From NCBI GenBank assembly GCA_965232985.1, contig CBDDRC010000042.1, positions 361,907 through 425,906 of the forward strand: a DNA stretch of 64,000 nt, written 5' to 3'. Made by a program: the position numbers and the translations under genes. This DNA is from an uncultured bacterium. Lineage in GTDB: Bacteria > Pseudomonadota > Gammaproteobacteria > Pseudomonadales > JADFDG01. This document shows, one piece after another, positions 47,764 to 58,281 of this stretch (the stretch's first letter is position 1; every line of letters begins with the position of its first letter). Below the pieces are notes generated by a model. The model saw only the letters and a list, made by a program, of their open reading frames with translations, was not told the origin of the DNA and made no database searches.

Positions 47764-48168
47764 TCAATACTTCGGCAAATAGGGCTTCAACCGACGATCC
47801 GGTACCGCGTCGCGTTTCCGCTCACGCACTTTCGCCGGGGCTTCACGCACTTTGGCTGCCGCTTCGCGCTCCGGACACAACTGTGCGGCTGTCGGGCAGG
47901 TTGGCGGCGCGGGGGCAGCAGCCGGCACAACGACCACCGGCTCACCTTTCGCAGGTGGCGGCTCGCCCAGCACAATGCCGCGCTGCAAATCGGACAGGCA
48001 GCTTTTCAGCACATCGAGTTCACCGACCTTCAGCGCGCCCGGGTCCTGAGCCAACCGCTGCGCGAGATCGCGGCATTCCTCGCTGTATTCCGCGTGCGCT
48101 GCCGTTGCCGCAACCAACACAACGGCCAACACAGCAATCGCACCCAAGCCCTTGCCCATTGCCGGCAT
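47764..48168 (-). CDS. Secreted Cys/Pro-rich hypothetical protein
   Basis: Signal peptide MPAMGKGLGAIAVLAVVLVAATAAHA, 4 Cys, a Pro-rich linker and a basic C-terminus. No family recognised. Confidence 0.5.
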   Translation of the reverse strand: MPAMGKGLGAIAVLAVVLVAATAAHAEYSEECRDLAQRLAQDPGALKVGELDVLKSCLSDLQRGIVLGEPPPAKGEPVVVVPAAAPAPPTCPTAAQLCPEREAAAKVREAPAKVRERKRDAVPDRRLKPYLPKY

Positions 48169-48281
48169 CCTCCGAACACATCCTGTGGCACCGCGCGCAA
48201 ACACTGTCAGCAGACGCCCGGCAGCACGCCCATGATAGGCCAGCACACTCCCGATCTGCCTGCCCTTCCCGCCCCAACAAG

Positions 48282-48308
48282 AAAAGCCCCGCACGAGGCG
48301 GGGCTTTT
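48282..48308 (-). terminator. Rho-independent terminator of groESL
   Basis: AAAAGCCCCGC-acgag-GCGGGGCTTTT. On the minus strand the hairpin is followed by TTTTCTTGTT. 28 nt downstream of the groEL stop. Confidence 0.85.
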
Positions 48309-48335
48309 CGGGTCACGCGGGGTAAAGCAGGAGGC

Positions 48336-50003
<1,668 letters not shown>

Positions 50004-50029
50004 TTACCTCTGCGAATTCTGTTGTGAAA

Positions 50030-50320
50030 TTACTTCTCGATGACGCCGAAAATTTCGGTCTCGGTCAGGACCAGCAGCTCGTCACCATCGACCTTCACGG
50101 TGGCGCCGGCGTACTGGCCGAACAGCACCTTGTCGCCGGCCTTGATGCCCATGGCGCGGACCGTGCCGTTGTCCAGGGCCTTACCCGGACCAACAGCGAC
50201 CACTTCGCCCATGCTCGGCTTCTCGGCGGCCTTGCCCGGCAGCAGGATGCCGCCGGCAGTCTTGGTTTCTTCTTCCACGCGCTTGACGACCACACGGTCG
50301 TGCAAAGGACGGATCTTCAT
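50030..50320 (-). CDS. groS: Co-chaperonin GroES
   Basis: [14 protein letters not shown]...; 96 aa from ATG 50320; GGGAGA SD. Confidence 0.97.
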   Translation of the reverse strand: MKIRPLHDRVVVKRVEEETKTAGGILLPGKAAEKPSMGEVVAVGPGKALDNGTVRAMGIKAGDKVLFGQYAGATVKVDGDELLVLTETEIFGVIEK

Positions 50321-50384
50321 ATCACTCGTCTCCCAGTATTCAGGTTGGAGATTCAATGGGTTAGGGCCTGAACAGCAGCCCGGA

Positions 50385-50411
50385 TTAGCACTCCCCCATC
50401 GGGAGTGCTAA
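50385..50411. promoter_or_regulatory. CIRCE operator (HrcA binding site)
   Basis: TTAGCACTC-N9-GAGTGCTAA is a perfect match to the consensus. It lies between the promoter and groES. Confidence 0.9.
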
Positions 50412-50438
50412 TCATAGGGACGGATTGCGGCGAGTCAA
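50411..50438 (-). promoter_or_regulatory. Sigma70-type groESL promoter (TTGACT-N16-TATGAT)
   Basis: On the minus strand, -35 is at 50438-50433 and -10 at 50416-50411. It abuts CIRCE. Confidence 0.65.
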
Positions 50439-50609
50439 CGACGGATTGCGGTCATTTTGGGGATACGGTGCACCCGGCAACCTCCGACAACTGGCCAAGC
50501 CCCCGTGCAGGCGGCCGGCCGGGGCCACGCCATTACGAAACACTCGTTGACCCTGTCGGGCGAGGACCGGAAAGTAGATCACTTCGAAAAATTTCCCGGA
50601 ACCTCAGGC

Positions 50610-53600
50610 ATGCACCGCACGCTGCGCCAATATCCCCTTTTGCTCTGCCTCCTGATGGCCCTGTCTGCGTGTAGCGGCGGCGGCTCGTCGTCCGGGCAGA
50701 CCACCGCGAACACCTACACGCTGGGCGGCCAGGTGTCAGGGCTGTCCGGCAGCGTGGTACTGCGCAACGGCACCAGCAATCTCATCGTCATCAGCAGCGG
50801 CAACTTTGCATTCCCGCAAGCGCTGCCTGACGGCAGCAGCTACAACGTCACGATTCTGACCCAGCCCACTGATCAAACCTGTGCAGTCACCGATGGCACC
50901 GGCGCCATTGCCGGCGGCGCCATCAACAGTGTCCGCGTCGCCTGCATCACCAACACCTACACAATCGGCGGCACGATATCCGGACTCTCCGGAACGATGC
51001 TGCTGCAAAACAATAATGGCGACGATCTGAGCGTCAACGCCAGCGGTGCGTTCGCATTCACAACACCGATCACCGCCGGCACGGCCTATGACGTTGCCGT
51101 ACAAAACCAGCCGGCCGACCAGACCTGCGCGGTGAGCAATGGCAGCGGCACTGCAAGCGGCGGCAACGTCACCGGCATCAGCATTGTTTGCGTCGACAAT
51201 ACCGTGGTCTATACGGTCGGCGGCACCATCAGCGGCCTCGCCGGCACCGTGATCCTGCAGAACAACGGCGGCAACAATCTGACCGTGAGCAGCAACGGCA
51301 GCTTCACGTTTACCACGGCATTGAATACTGGCAGCACTTACCGGATTGAGGTGCTGACACAACCGGCAGGCCAGACCTGCACCGTAAGCAACGGCAGCAG
51401 CACTCTTACGGCCAACGTCAACAATGTGACCATCCTTTGCGTAATGGCGAGCTATACGCTTGGCGGCACGATCACCGGCCTCACCGGCAACCTCGTGCTG
51501 CAAAACAACGGCAGCGACGACCTGTTGCGCCTCATCAACGGCGGTTTCGCCTTCGCGACCCTGATCCCAAACGGCAGCAGTTACAACGTCACGATACTGA
51601 CCCAACCGGCAGGCCAGGTCTGCACTCTGAGCAACGCCACAGGCACCGTCGCCGGTGCCGCCGTCACCAACATCGGCATCACCTGTGTGACCAACACCTA
51701 CGCCATCGGCTTCACGATATCCGGGCTGCTCAGCCCGGATGTGCCAGAAAACTCAGTCGTGCTGGCGAACAACGGTGGCGACAACAAAACCGTCGCGAAC
51801 AACGGCAGCGACACCTTCACGAACCGTATTGCGCATGGCAGCACCTACAACGTCACCGTGGTTACCCAACCCGCCGGGCGCACCTGTGCCGTGCTCAACG
51901 GCAGCGGTACCGCCACCGCAAATGTCACCGACATTCAGATCACGTGCGGCTTGTTCATCACGGTATCGGCCAGCAAGCCCAGAGAATTAACCTTCACCTG
52001 GCCGGCAGATGCCAGCGCAACGTACTACAAGCTTTATAAAAATCCGGATGGCCACAGCGGCTTTACCCAGTTGGGCGGCAACATCACCACGACCACAGCC
52101 ACGGATGTGATACCGGTACACCTGCACGACTGGATTAACGCCAGCTATCAGGTGGAGGCATGCAACACCAGCGGCTGCACGTCGCCCTATGCGCCAACGT
52201 ATACAACTGCGGTGATGTTGCAGGCGATCGGCTATTTCAAGGCAGCCAATACCGAGGCAGCCGACGGTTTTGGCTACGCCCTGGCGCTGTCTGCCGACGG
52301 CAGTACGCTGGCCGTGGGCGCACCGTACGAAAAGAGTGCTGCCACTGGCGTGAATGGCGCCGAAAACGACAATTCTGCGGCCGCCGCCGGCGCGGTATAC
52401 ATTTTTACCCGCAGCGGCACCACCTGGACTGCGCAGGCCTATATCAAGGCATCCAACACCGGCACCGGCGATTTGTTTGGTGCCGCCGTTGCCCTGTCTG
52501 ACGATGGCAATCTGCTCGCCGCCAGTGCGCCCGGGGAAACCAGTGCCGCCACCGGCATAAACGGCGATCAGACCAACAACAGCGTTGCCAGTGCGGGCGC
52601 CGTGTACACGTTCACGCGCGCAGGTTCCACCTGGTCCCAGCAGGCGTACATCAAGGCATCCAACACCGAAAAAGACGATTATTTCGGCTTCGCCCTCACG
52701 CTCTCAGGCAACGGCAACACCTTGGCGGTCGCCTCGCCCTTTGAAGACAGCGCCGCCAACAGCATCAATGGCGATCAATCCGGTAACACCGCGCCCAATG
52801 CGGGGGCGATTTATGTCTTCACCAACACCGCTAACACCTGGACCCAGCAGGCCTACATCAAGGCAGCCAATGCCGAAGCAAACGACTGGTTCGGCTATGC
52901 ACTGGCACTGTCTGCGGATGGCAACACCCTGGCCGCCGGCGCACTTTTGGAAGACAGCGCGTTGGTCGATGGCATCGCCACGCCAGGGAACAATGCCGCT
53001 GCCAGTGCCGGCGCCGTGTACACGTTCACGCGCGCAGGCTCCGCCTGGAGCCAGCAGGCCTACCTCAAGGCGTCCAATGCCGAAGCAGGCGACCTGTTCG
53101 GCACGGCCATTGCCCTGTCGGCCGACGGCAACACCCTGGTAGCCGGCGCATCCAGCGAGCAAGGTAGCAGTACCGGTATCAACGGCGACCAAACGAACAA
53201 CACGCTAACCGGCGCCGGTGCGGCGTACGTCTTTGTCCGCACCGACAACATCTGGAACCAGCAGGCTTATCTCAAAGCCTCCAACACCAACGCGTCCGAT
53301 CTGTTCGGTACCCGGCTGGCACTTTCCACCGATGGCAACACCCTCGCCATCAGTGCCACCGGCGAAAGTGGTAGCGCAACCGGCAGCAACGGCGATCAGA
53401 CCAGCAATGCAGCCAGCAACGCCGGCGCGCTCTATGTGTTCACGCGCAGCGCCGCGATCTGGAGCCAGAAAACCTATCTGAAAGCCGCCAATACCGGCGC
53501 CGGTGATTCTTTCGGTACTGCCGTTGCCTTGTCGGGTGACGGCCAGATGCTGGCCGCCAGCGCACCCGGCGAAGACAGCGCGAGCACCGGCGTCGGCGGC

Positions 53601-53651
53601 GACGCGGCCAGCAATGCGGCAACAGACGCCGGCGCGGTATACCTGTACTGA
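50610..53651 (+). CDS. Large repeat lipoprotein: 5 two-Cys ~81-84-aa repeats + FN3-like domain + 7 FG-GAP/integrin-alpha-like blades
   Basis: Lipobox LSAC. Repeats YT(L/I/V)GG.(I/V)SGL...Y.V.(I/V)..QP..Q.C.(V/L)...G..........(I/V).C. Seven D.FG..(L/V)ALS.DG..LA motifs. Confidence 0.8.
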   Translation: MHRTLRQYPLLLCLLMALSACSGGGSSSGQTTANTYTLGGQVSGLSGSVVLRNGTSNLIVISSGNFAFPQALPDGSSYNVTILTQPTDQTCAVTDGTGAIAGGAINSVRVACITNTYTIGGTISGLSGTMLLQNNNGDDLSVNASGAFAFTTPITAGTAYDVAVQNQPADQTCAVSNGSGTASGGNVTGISIVCVDNTVVYTVGGTISGLAGTVILQNNGGNNLTVSSNGSFTFTTALNTGSTYRIEVLTQPAGQTCTVSNGSSTLTANVNNVTILCVMASYTLGGTITGLTGNLVLQNNGSDDLLRLINGGFAFATLIPNGSSYNVTILTQPAGQVCTLSNATGTVAGAAVTNIGITCVTNTYAIGFTISGLLSPDVPENSVVLANNGGDNKTVANNGSDTFTNRIAHGSTYNVTVVTQPAGRTCAVLNGSGTATANVTDIQITCGLFITVSASKPRELTFTWPADASATYYKLYKNPDGHSGFTQLGGNITTTTATDVIPVHLHDWINASYQVEACNTSGCTSPYAPTYTTAVMLQAIGYFKAANTEAADGFGYALALSADGSTLAVGAPYEKSAATGVNGAENDNSAAAAGAVYIFTRSGTTWTAQAYIKASNTGTGDLFGAAVALSDDGNLLAASAPGETSAATGINGDQTNNSVASAGAVYTFTRAGSTWSQQAYIKASNTEKDDYFGFALTLSGNGNTLAVASPFEDSAANSINGDQSGNTAPNAGAIYVFTNTANTWTQQAYIKAANAEANDWFGYALALSADGNTLAAGALLEDSALVDGIATPGNNAAASAGAVYTFTRAGSAWSQQAYLKASNAEAGDLFGTAIALSADGNTLVAGASSEQGSSTGINGDQTNNTLTGAGAAYVFVRTDNIWNQQAYLKASNTNASDLFGTRLALSTDGNTLAISATGESGSATGSNGDQTSNAASNAGALYVFTRSAAIWSQKTYLKAANTGAGDSFGTAVALSGDGQMLAASAPGEDSASTGVGGDAASNAATDAGAVYLY
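50715..51950 (+). repeat. Five tandem coding repeats (243-252 nt each)
   Basis: Protein positions 36-447, parsed by hand into units of 81, 84, 81, 82 and 84 aa. Confidence 0.8.
52230..53648 (+). repeat. Seven tandem FG-GAP-like coding repeats (~62-70 aa period)
   Basis: Recurrent QQAY(I/L)KASN....D.FG..(L/V)ALS.DG.TLA.....E.S...G.NGD...N....AGA.Y.F.R. Confidence 0.8.
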
Positions 53652-53721
53652 TTTGCCCGGGCACTGCGTCGGCGCCGCCGGCACTCACCCTGCCGAGGCA
53701 ACGTCCGGCGGCGACGTTGCG

Positions 53722-54453
53722 CTAGCCACCGGCCATCGCCACCAACAGCCGGCGCGCATCCGCAGCCGTAGTGATCGGCTCCGGAAACGCCACCCAGCGC
53801 AGCATCTGGCCGCAACGCAGTTGCATGCCGAGGCGATCAATTGCAGCGATGCATACTGCCCCTGGCTGCTCGTTGAACGCCTCCTGCCAGTAGTGCGCGC
53901 AGGCTGCCGCGTGATCGTCATTCATGTGATCGAGCACGCGGTTGGTCGCCGCGCGATCGAGTGGCGACACCAGTTGCAACGCCGCCGGCGCGATCACCGC
54001 CGCCTTGCCGAATCCGCCGTTGTAGCGCGCATTGATCACATCGAGCCGGAAGAAATCGAAATTGAGCTGGCGAAACCAGGCATCGGCGCGCGGGTAACAG
54101 CGAGTGTAGGTATCCCGAGCCGACTCGACATCCGTTGCATCGCGCAGCAGGCGCGCATTGCAGGTGAGTTCCAGGCGCTCGCCGGTGAGGATATCGCCGG
54201 CATTGTCCTGCGCCAGCAGCAGTGCGCAGCGGCCGTCGGCGATCAGGTTCGCATGATGCGGCGCCAGGTGCGAAAACAAACCGACCAGATAACCTTCCGG
54301 TGCCAGCGCGAACGGCACGGCCGACAGCGACGGGTAACCCGGCACGCTCAACGCCTGGGTGGCGAGCACCGCCTGCGTGCGGCGCCGCAGGAAGGTGGCG
54401 GCAACCGGCGCGAGCTCGACGGCCAGTTCGGCAAAGCGCTGTTCGTTATCCAT
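53722..54453 (-). CDS. HugZ-like / pyridoxamine 5'-phosphate oxidase-fold protein with a DUF2470-like C-terminus
   Basis: Split-barrel-like N-terminal half (AVLATQ...PSLSAVPFAL...) and a C-terminal MNDDHAAA motif. Call is from recollection of the family. Confidence 0.5.
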   Translation of the reverse strand: MDNEQRFAELAVELAPVAATFLRRRTQAVLATQALSVPGYPSLSAVPFALAPEGYLVGLFSHLAPHHANLIADGRCALLLAQDNAGDILTGERLELTCNARLLRDATDVESARDTYTRCYPRADAWFRQLNFDFFRLDVINARYNGGFGKAAVIAPAALQLVSPLDRAATNRVLDHMNDDHAAACAHYWQEAFNEQPGAVCIAAIDRLGMQLRCGQMLRWVAFPEPITTAADARRLLVAMAGG

Positions 54454-54542
54454 GGCATCTTTCCTGGGGGCGGGCTGCAGCCCGACAACGAGCCGCGATA
54501 ATGTCCGGCTGCAGCCGTATCTACAACAATCCAGGATTGCCC

Positions 54543-54839
54543 ATGGACGAAAAACGCGCCGCCATCCTTGCCGCCCTGCATGCCATTCCTGAAGGCCACG
54601 TCACCAGTTACGGGGAGGTGGCCAAACGCGCCGGGCTGCCCGGCTACCAACGCTTTGTCTGTCGCGTCTTGCGCGAGCTGCCGGACCGGGCGCGCACACC
54701 CTGGTGGCGGGTGATCCGCGCCGACGGCCACTTCGCCATGACCAACAATTGCGGCGCCGGACGCGAGCAGCGCCGGCGGCTCAAGGCCGAGGGGCTCGAC
54801 ATCGTCAACGACCGCGTAAAAGGTCCGTGGTGGAAATGA
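54543..54839 (+). CDS. Alkyltransferase-like (ATL) protein, MGMT DNA-binding domain without a catalytic Cys
   Basis: HVTSYGEVA...PWWRVI replaces the PCHRV active site. 98 aa. Confidence 0.7.
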   Translation: MDEKRAAILAALHAIPEGHVTSYGEVAKRAGLPGYQRFVCRVLRELPDRARTPWWRVIRADGHFAMTNNCGAGREQRRRLKAEGLDIVNDRVKGPWWK

Positions 54840-54885
54840 GCGCGCGCCGGTTAATCTAGCGCGTCACTCCTTACGACCCCCGCCA

Positions 54886-56157
54886 ATGACCGATACCCCC
54901 CACCGCGAAAGCATCCGCGAGGCCCTGTTCAACCGGCGCATGCTCATCTGCGTGTTCACCGGTTTCAGTTCCGGCCTGCCGCTGTTCATTTTTCTGAACC
55001 TGCTGCCGGCCTGGCTCGACGACGCCCACATCAGCATCAAGGCAATCGGCCTGATGGCGCTGCTGCAGGTGCCGTATGTGGCGAAATTCCTGTGGGCGCC
55101 GCTGCTTGACCATTTCACCATTGCCTCGCTCGGTCGCCGGCGCGGCTGGCTGATCGTGCTGCATGTCGCGCTCATCGCGGCGATTGCGCTGATGGGTCAG
55201 GTTGATCCGACCACACAGCTCGCGCTGATCCCGGTGATCGGTTTGCTGATGAGCTTCCTGTCGGCCAGCCTTGATGTCGTCATCGACGCGTTTCGTCGTG
55301 AAATCCTGCCAGATGCCGAGCTCGGCCTCGGCAACAGCATTCATGTGAATGCCTACAAGGTCGCCGGGCTGGTGCCGGGCGCGCTGTCGCTGTTTCTTGC
55401 CGACCACCTGCCCTGGTCGATGGTGTTCGTGATCACTGCGCTGTTCATGCTGCCCGGGCTGGCAATGGTCCTGCTGGTGCACGAACCGCAGATCAAGGCA
55501 TTACCACCGCGCACGCTCACGGCAGCGGTGATCGAGCCCTTCCGCGAGTTCATCAACCGCAACGGCCTCGCCGCCGCGCTCACCGTGCTGGCGTTCATCT
55601 TTTTCTACAAGCTGGGCGATTCGCTGGCAACCTCGCTTGCCACCAAGTTCTACCTCGACATGGGTTTTTCAAAATCGGAAATCGCCGTGGTAGCGAAAAA
55701 TGCCGCGCTGTGGCCATCGATTGTCGGTGCCCTGGCCGGCGGCCTCTGGATGGTGCGGATCGGCATCAACCGTGCCCTGTGGATCTTCGGTGGCGCACAA
55801 CTGATCGTTATTCCGGGGTTCGTCTGGCTGTCGATCGTCGGCCACGATCTGCTCACCCTGGCGCTGGTCGTCGGCGCCGAAGCGTTCGGTATTGGTCTGG
55901 GCACTGCGGCGTTTGTCGCCTATATCGCCCGCACCACACATCCGGCCTATACCGCGACGCAATTTGCGTTGCTCACCGCGCTCGCGGCGGTGCCGCGCAC
56001 TTTCATCAACGCATCGTCAGGCTACCTGGTCGACAGCCTCGGCTGGACCAATTTCTTCTGGCTGTGCACCGCACTTGCCGTGCCGGGCATGTTGTTGCTG
56101 TTCAGGATCGCGCCATGGCACGGCGATTTCGCCGATCGGAAAACGACTGATGACTGA
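54886..56157 (+). CDS. ampG: AmpG family muropeptide MFS permease
   Basis: GFSSGLPLFIFLNLLPAWL signature and a 12-TM layout. Confidence 0.8.
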   Translation: MTDTPHRESIREALFNRRMLICVFTGFSSGLPLFIFLNLLPAWLDDAHISIKAIGLMALLQVPYVAKFLWAPLLDHFTIASLGRRRGWLIVLHVALIAAIALMGQVDPTTQLALIPVIGLLMSFLSASLDVVIDAFRREILPDAELGLGNSIHVNAYKVAGLVPGALSLFLADHLPWSMVFVITALFMLPGLAMVLLVHEPQIKALPPRTLTAAVIEPFREFINRNGLAAALTVLAFIFFYKLGDSLATSLATKFYLDMGFSKSEIAVVAKNAALWPSIVGALAGGLWMVRIGINRALWIFGGAQLIVIPGFVWLSIVGHDLLTLALVVGAEAFGIGLGTAAFVAYIARTTHPAYTATQFALLTALAAVPRTFINASSGYLVDSLGWTNFFWLCTALAVPGMLLLFRIAPWHGDFADRKTTDD

Positions 56158-57055
56158 GACGACCGATACGGTGATGTCCGGGTGCGGCCTCACCAAGCGT
56201 TACGGCGAAATCCTCGCCGTTGATGACCTGACGCTGGCAATCCGCGCCGGCACCTGCTTTGGCCTGCTCGGGCCCAACGGCGCCGGCAAAAGTACTACTC
56301 TGGAAATGCTGCAGGGCCTGCGCAAACCCGATAGCGGCGAAATTCGTTATCGCGGCAAACCGCTTGATGCCGATTTCAAGTTGCGTCACGGCACCCAGTT
56401 CCAGTCCACCGCACTGATCGATTTCCAGACCACGCGCGAAATGCTGACGTTGTTCGCTGCGTTTTATCCCACCGCGCGCAACGTCGATGAGTTGATCGCA
56501 CGCCTGAATCTCACGCCCTTCATCGATCAGCATGCCATGAAGCTCTCCGGCGGCCAGCGCCAGCGCCTGCTGCTCGCGCTGGCGCTGGTGAACGATCCGG
56601 ACATCGTGTTTCTCGACGAGCCCACCACCGGCCTTGATCCGCAGGCCCGCCGCAACCTCTGGGATCTGGTGCGCGCGATCAAGCGCGAGGGCAAAACCAT
56701 CCTGCTTACCACCCACTACATGGAAGAAGCCGAGTATCTGTGCGACGAGCTTGCCATCATGGATCACGGCAAGGTGATCGCCACCGGCACCCCGACTACG
56801 TTGCTGCGCGATCATTTCGGCGACACGGTGGTGCGTCTCGAAGCGCGCTCGACAACGATCGGGATGCTTGCGGAGGCCTGCCCGAACACCGGCGCCTTCG
56901 CCGACGGCGACCATCTTTACCTCGCCACCAACGATGTCGCGCGCACCCTGGCACAGCTCACGGCCGCCGGCATCGACTTGCGCACGCTGGCAGTGAAACC
57001 ACGCACGCTGGAAGACCTGTTCCTGCGACTCACCGGCCGGGCCCTGCGCGAATGA
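56150..57055 (+). CDS. ABC transporter ATP-binding protein (ABC-2 exporter type)
   Basis: Walker A GPNGAGKST, signature LSGGQRQR, Walker B VFLDEPTTGLD. ATGACTGA overlap with the ampG stop. Confidence 0.88.
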   Translation: MTETTDTVMSGCGLTKRYGEILAVDDLTLAIRAGTCFGLLGPNGAGKSTTLEMLQGLRKPDSGEIRYRGKPLDADFKLRHGTQFQSTALIDFQTTREMLTLFAAFYPTARNVDELIARLNLTPFIDQHAMKLSGGQRQRLLLALALVNDPDIVFLDEPTTGLDPQARRNLWDLVRAIKREGKTILLTTHYMEEAEYLCDELAIMDHGKVIATGTPTTLLRDHFGDTVVRLEARSTTIGMLAEACPNTGAFADGDHLYLATNDVARTLAQLTAAGIDLRTLAVKPRTLEDLFLRLTGRALRE

Positions 57056-57074
57056 ACACAAAAACCGTGATGCC

Positions 57075-58142
57075 ATGAAAAATGCTCTGCGCCAGTTCTT
57101 CGCCCTGCTCGCCGCGCGCAACCGCGAGTTCTACCGCGATCGTGCTGCACTGGGCTGGTCACTTGCCTTTCCGGCCTTCGTCATTATCGGTTTGTATTTC
57201 GCTTTCAGCGACAACAACAAAGTGCTCTACAAGGTCGGGCTGGTGGATGCAACGCCGGCGCAGGCGGCCGCCGATCCGGCACTGGCCCGCCTTCTTGGCC
57301 TGCAGCACGTCGCGTTCATTACCGAGACCCAGCTTGCCGACGCGCAGCGCAAGGTGGCTCACCACCAGCTCGATCTGCTGCTGGCCCCGGCCGGTTCCGC
57401 AGCCGCCGGGGCCACTGCCACAGCAACCCGTTACTGGGTAAACACCGATTCGCAAAATGGCTACATGCTCGAACAGCTGTTGATAGCAGGCCCGCCAGCC
57501 AGCGGCGACACCCTCCGACGCGAAACACTGGCCGGCAAGCAAGTGCGCTACGTCGACTGGGTTATCCCCGGCGTCATCGGCATGAACATGATGTTCGGCT
57601 GCCTGTGGGGCGTCGGTTACGTGATCGTCCGTTATCGCGCCAACGGCGTGTTGCGCCGCTTTCGCGCGACACCGGTGGCAGCATTCACCTTTCTCTCGGC
57701 ACAGGTCGTCTCGCGTTTGCTGATCACGCTGGCGATCACCGCGCTGATTTTCTTCCCCAGCTGGTGGCTGCTCGGTTTCCGCCTTGAAGGATCGCTGCTC
57801 GACCTGCTGGTCATCACCGTATTCGGCGCGCTGGCGATGATCGCCATGGGCCTGGTCACTGCCACCCGCACCAGCAGCATCGAAGTATCAGGCGGTATCC
57901 TCAACTTCCTGACCTGGCCGATGATGCTGCTCTCAGGCGTGTGGTTCTCGCTCGAAGGTGCTGACCCCTGGCTGAAACAGCTCGCCGATCTGCTGCCGCT
58001 CACCCACTTTGTCGATGGCGCCCGCGCGATCATGATTGATGGCGCCGGCCTTGCTGTCCTCTGGCCGCACCTGCTGGCACTCACCGCCATGACCGTCGTG
58101 TTCATGGCAATCAGCGCCGCTACGTTTCGCTGGGAGCGTTGA
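57075..58142 (+). CDS. ABC-2 type transporter permease
   Basis: Six hydrophobic segments. Follows the ATPase after 19 nt. Confidence 0.8.
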   Translation: MKNALRQFFALLAARNREFYRDRAALGWSLAFPAFVIIGLYFAFSDNNKVLYKVGLVDATPAQAAADPALARLLGLQHVAFITETQLADAQRKVAHHQLDLLLAPAGSAAAGATATATRYWVNTDSQNGYMLEQLLIAGPPASGDTLRRETLAGKQVRYVDWVIPGVIGMNMMFGCLWGVGYVIVRYRANGVLRRFRATPVAAFTFLSAQVVSRLLITLAITALIFFPSWWLLGFRLEGSLLDLLVITVFGALAMIAMGLVTATRTSSIEVSGGILNFLTWPMMLLSGVWFSLEGADPWLKQLADLLPLTHFVDGARAIMIDGAGLAVLWPHLLALTAMTVVFMAISAATFRWER

Positions 58143-58281
58143 ATACCACCGACCACCCGTATAACCCTACCGACGAACACTCCGCCGCAACTCGGGGGCG
58201 ACGGTGCTATGCTCGGGTGCTCCCGGGGGCGCTTAGGTCTCCTTAGCTGCTATCAACAAAAGCACAACCGCACGGTTCCCG

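Noticed and set aside
50321-50384. Sigma32 (RpoH) heat-shock promoter for groESL
   Set aside because: There is no convincing CTTGAAA-N13-15-CCCCATNT match on the minus strand. The CCCCATCGG string is the CIRCE spacer on the wrong strand.
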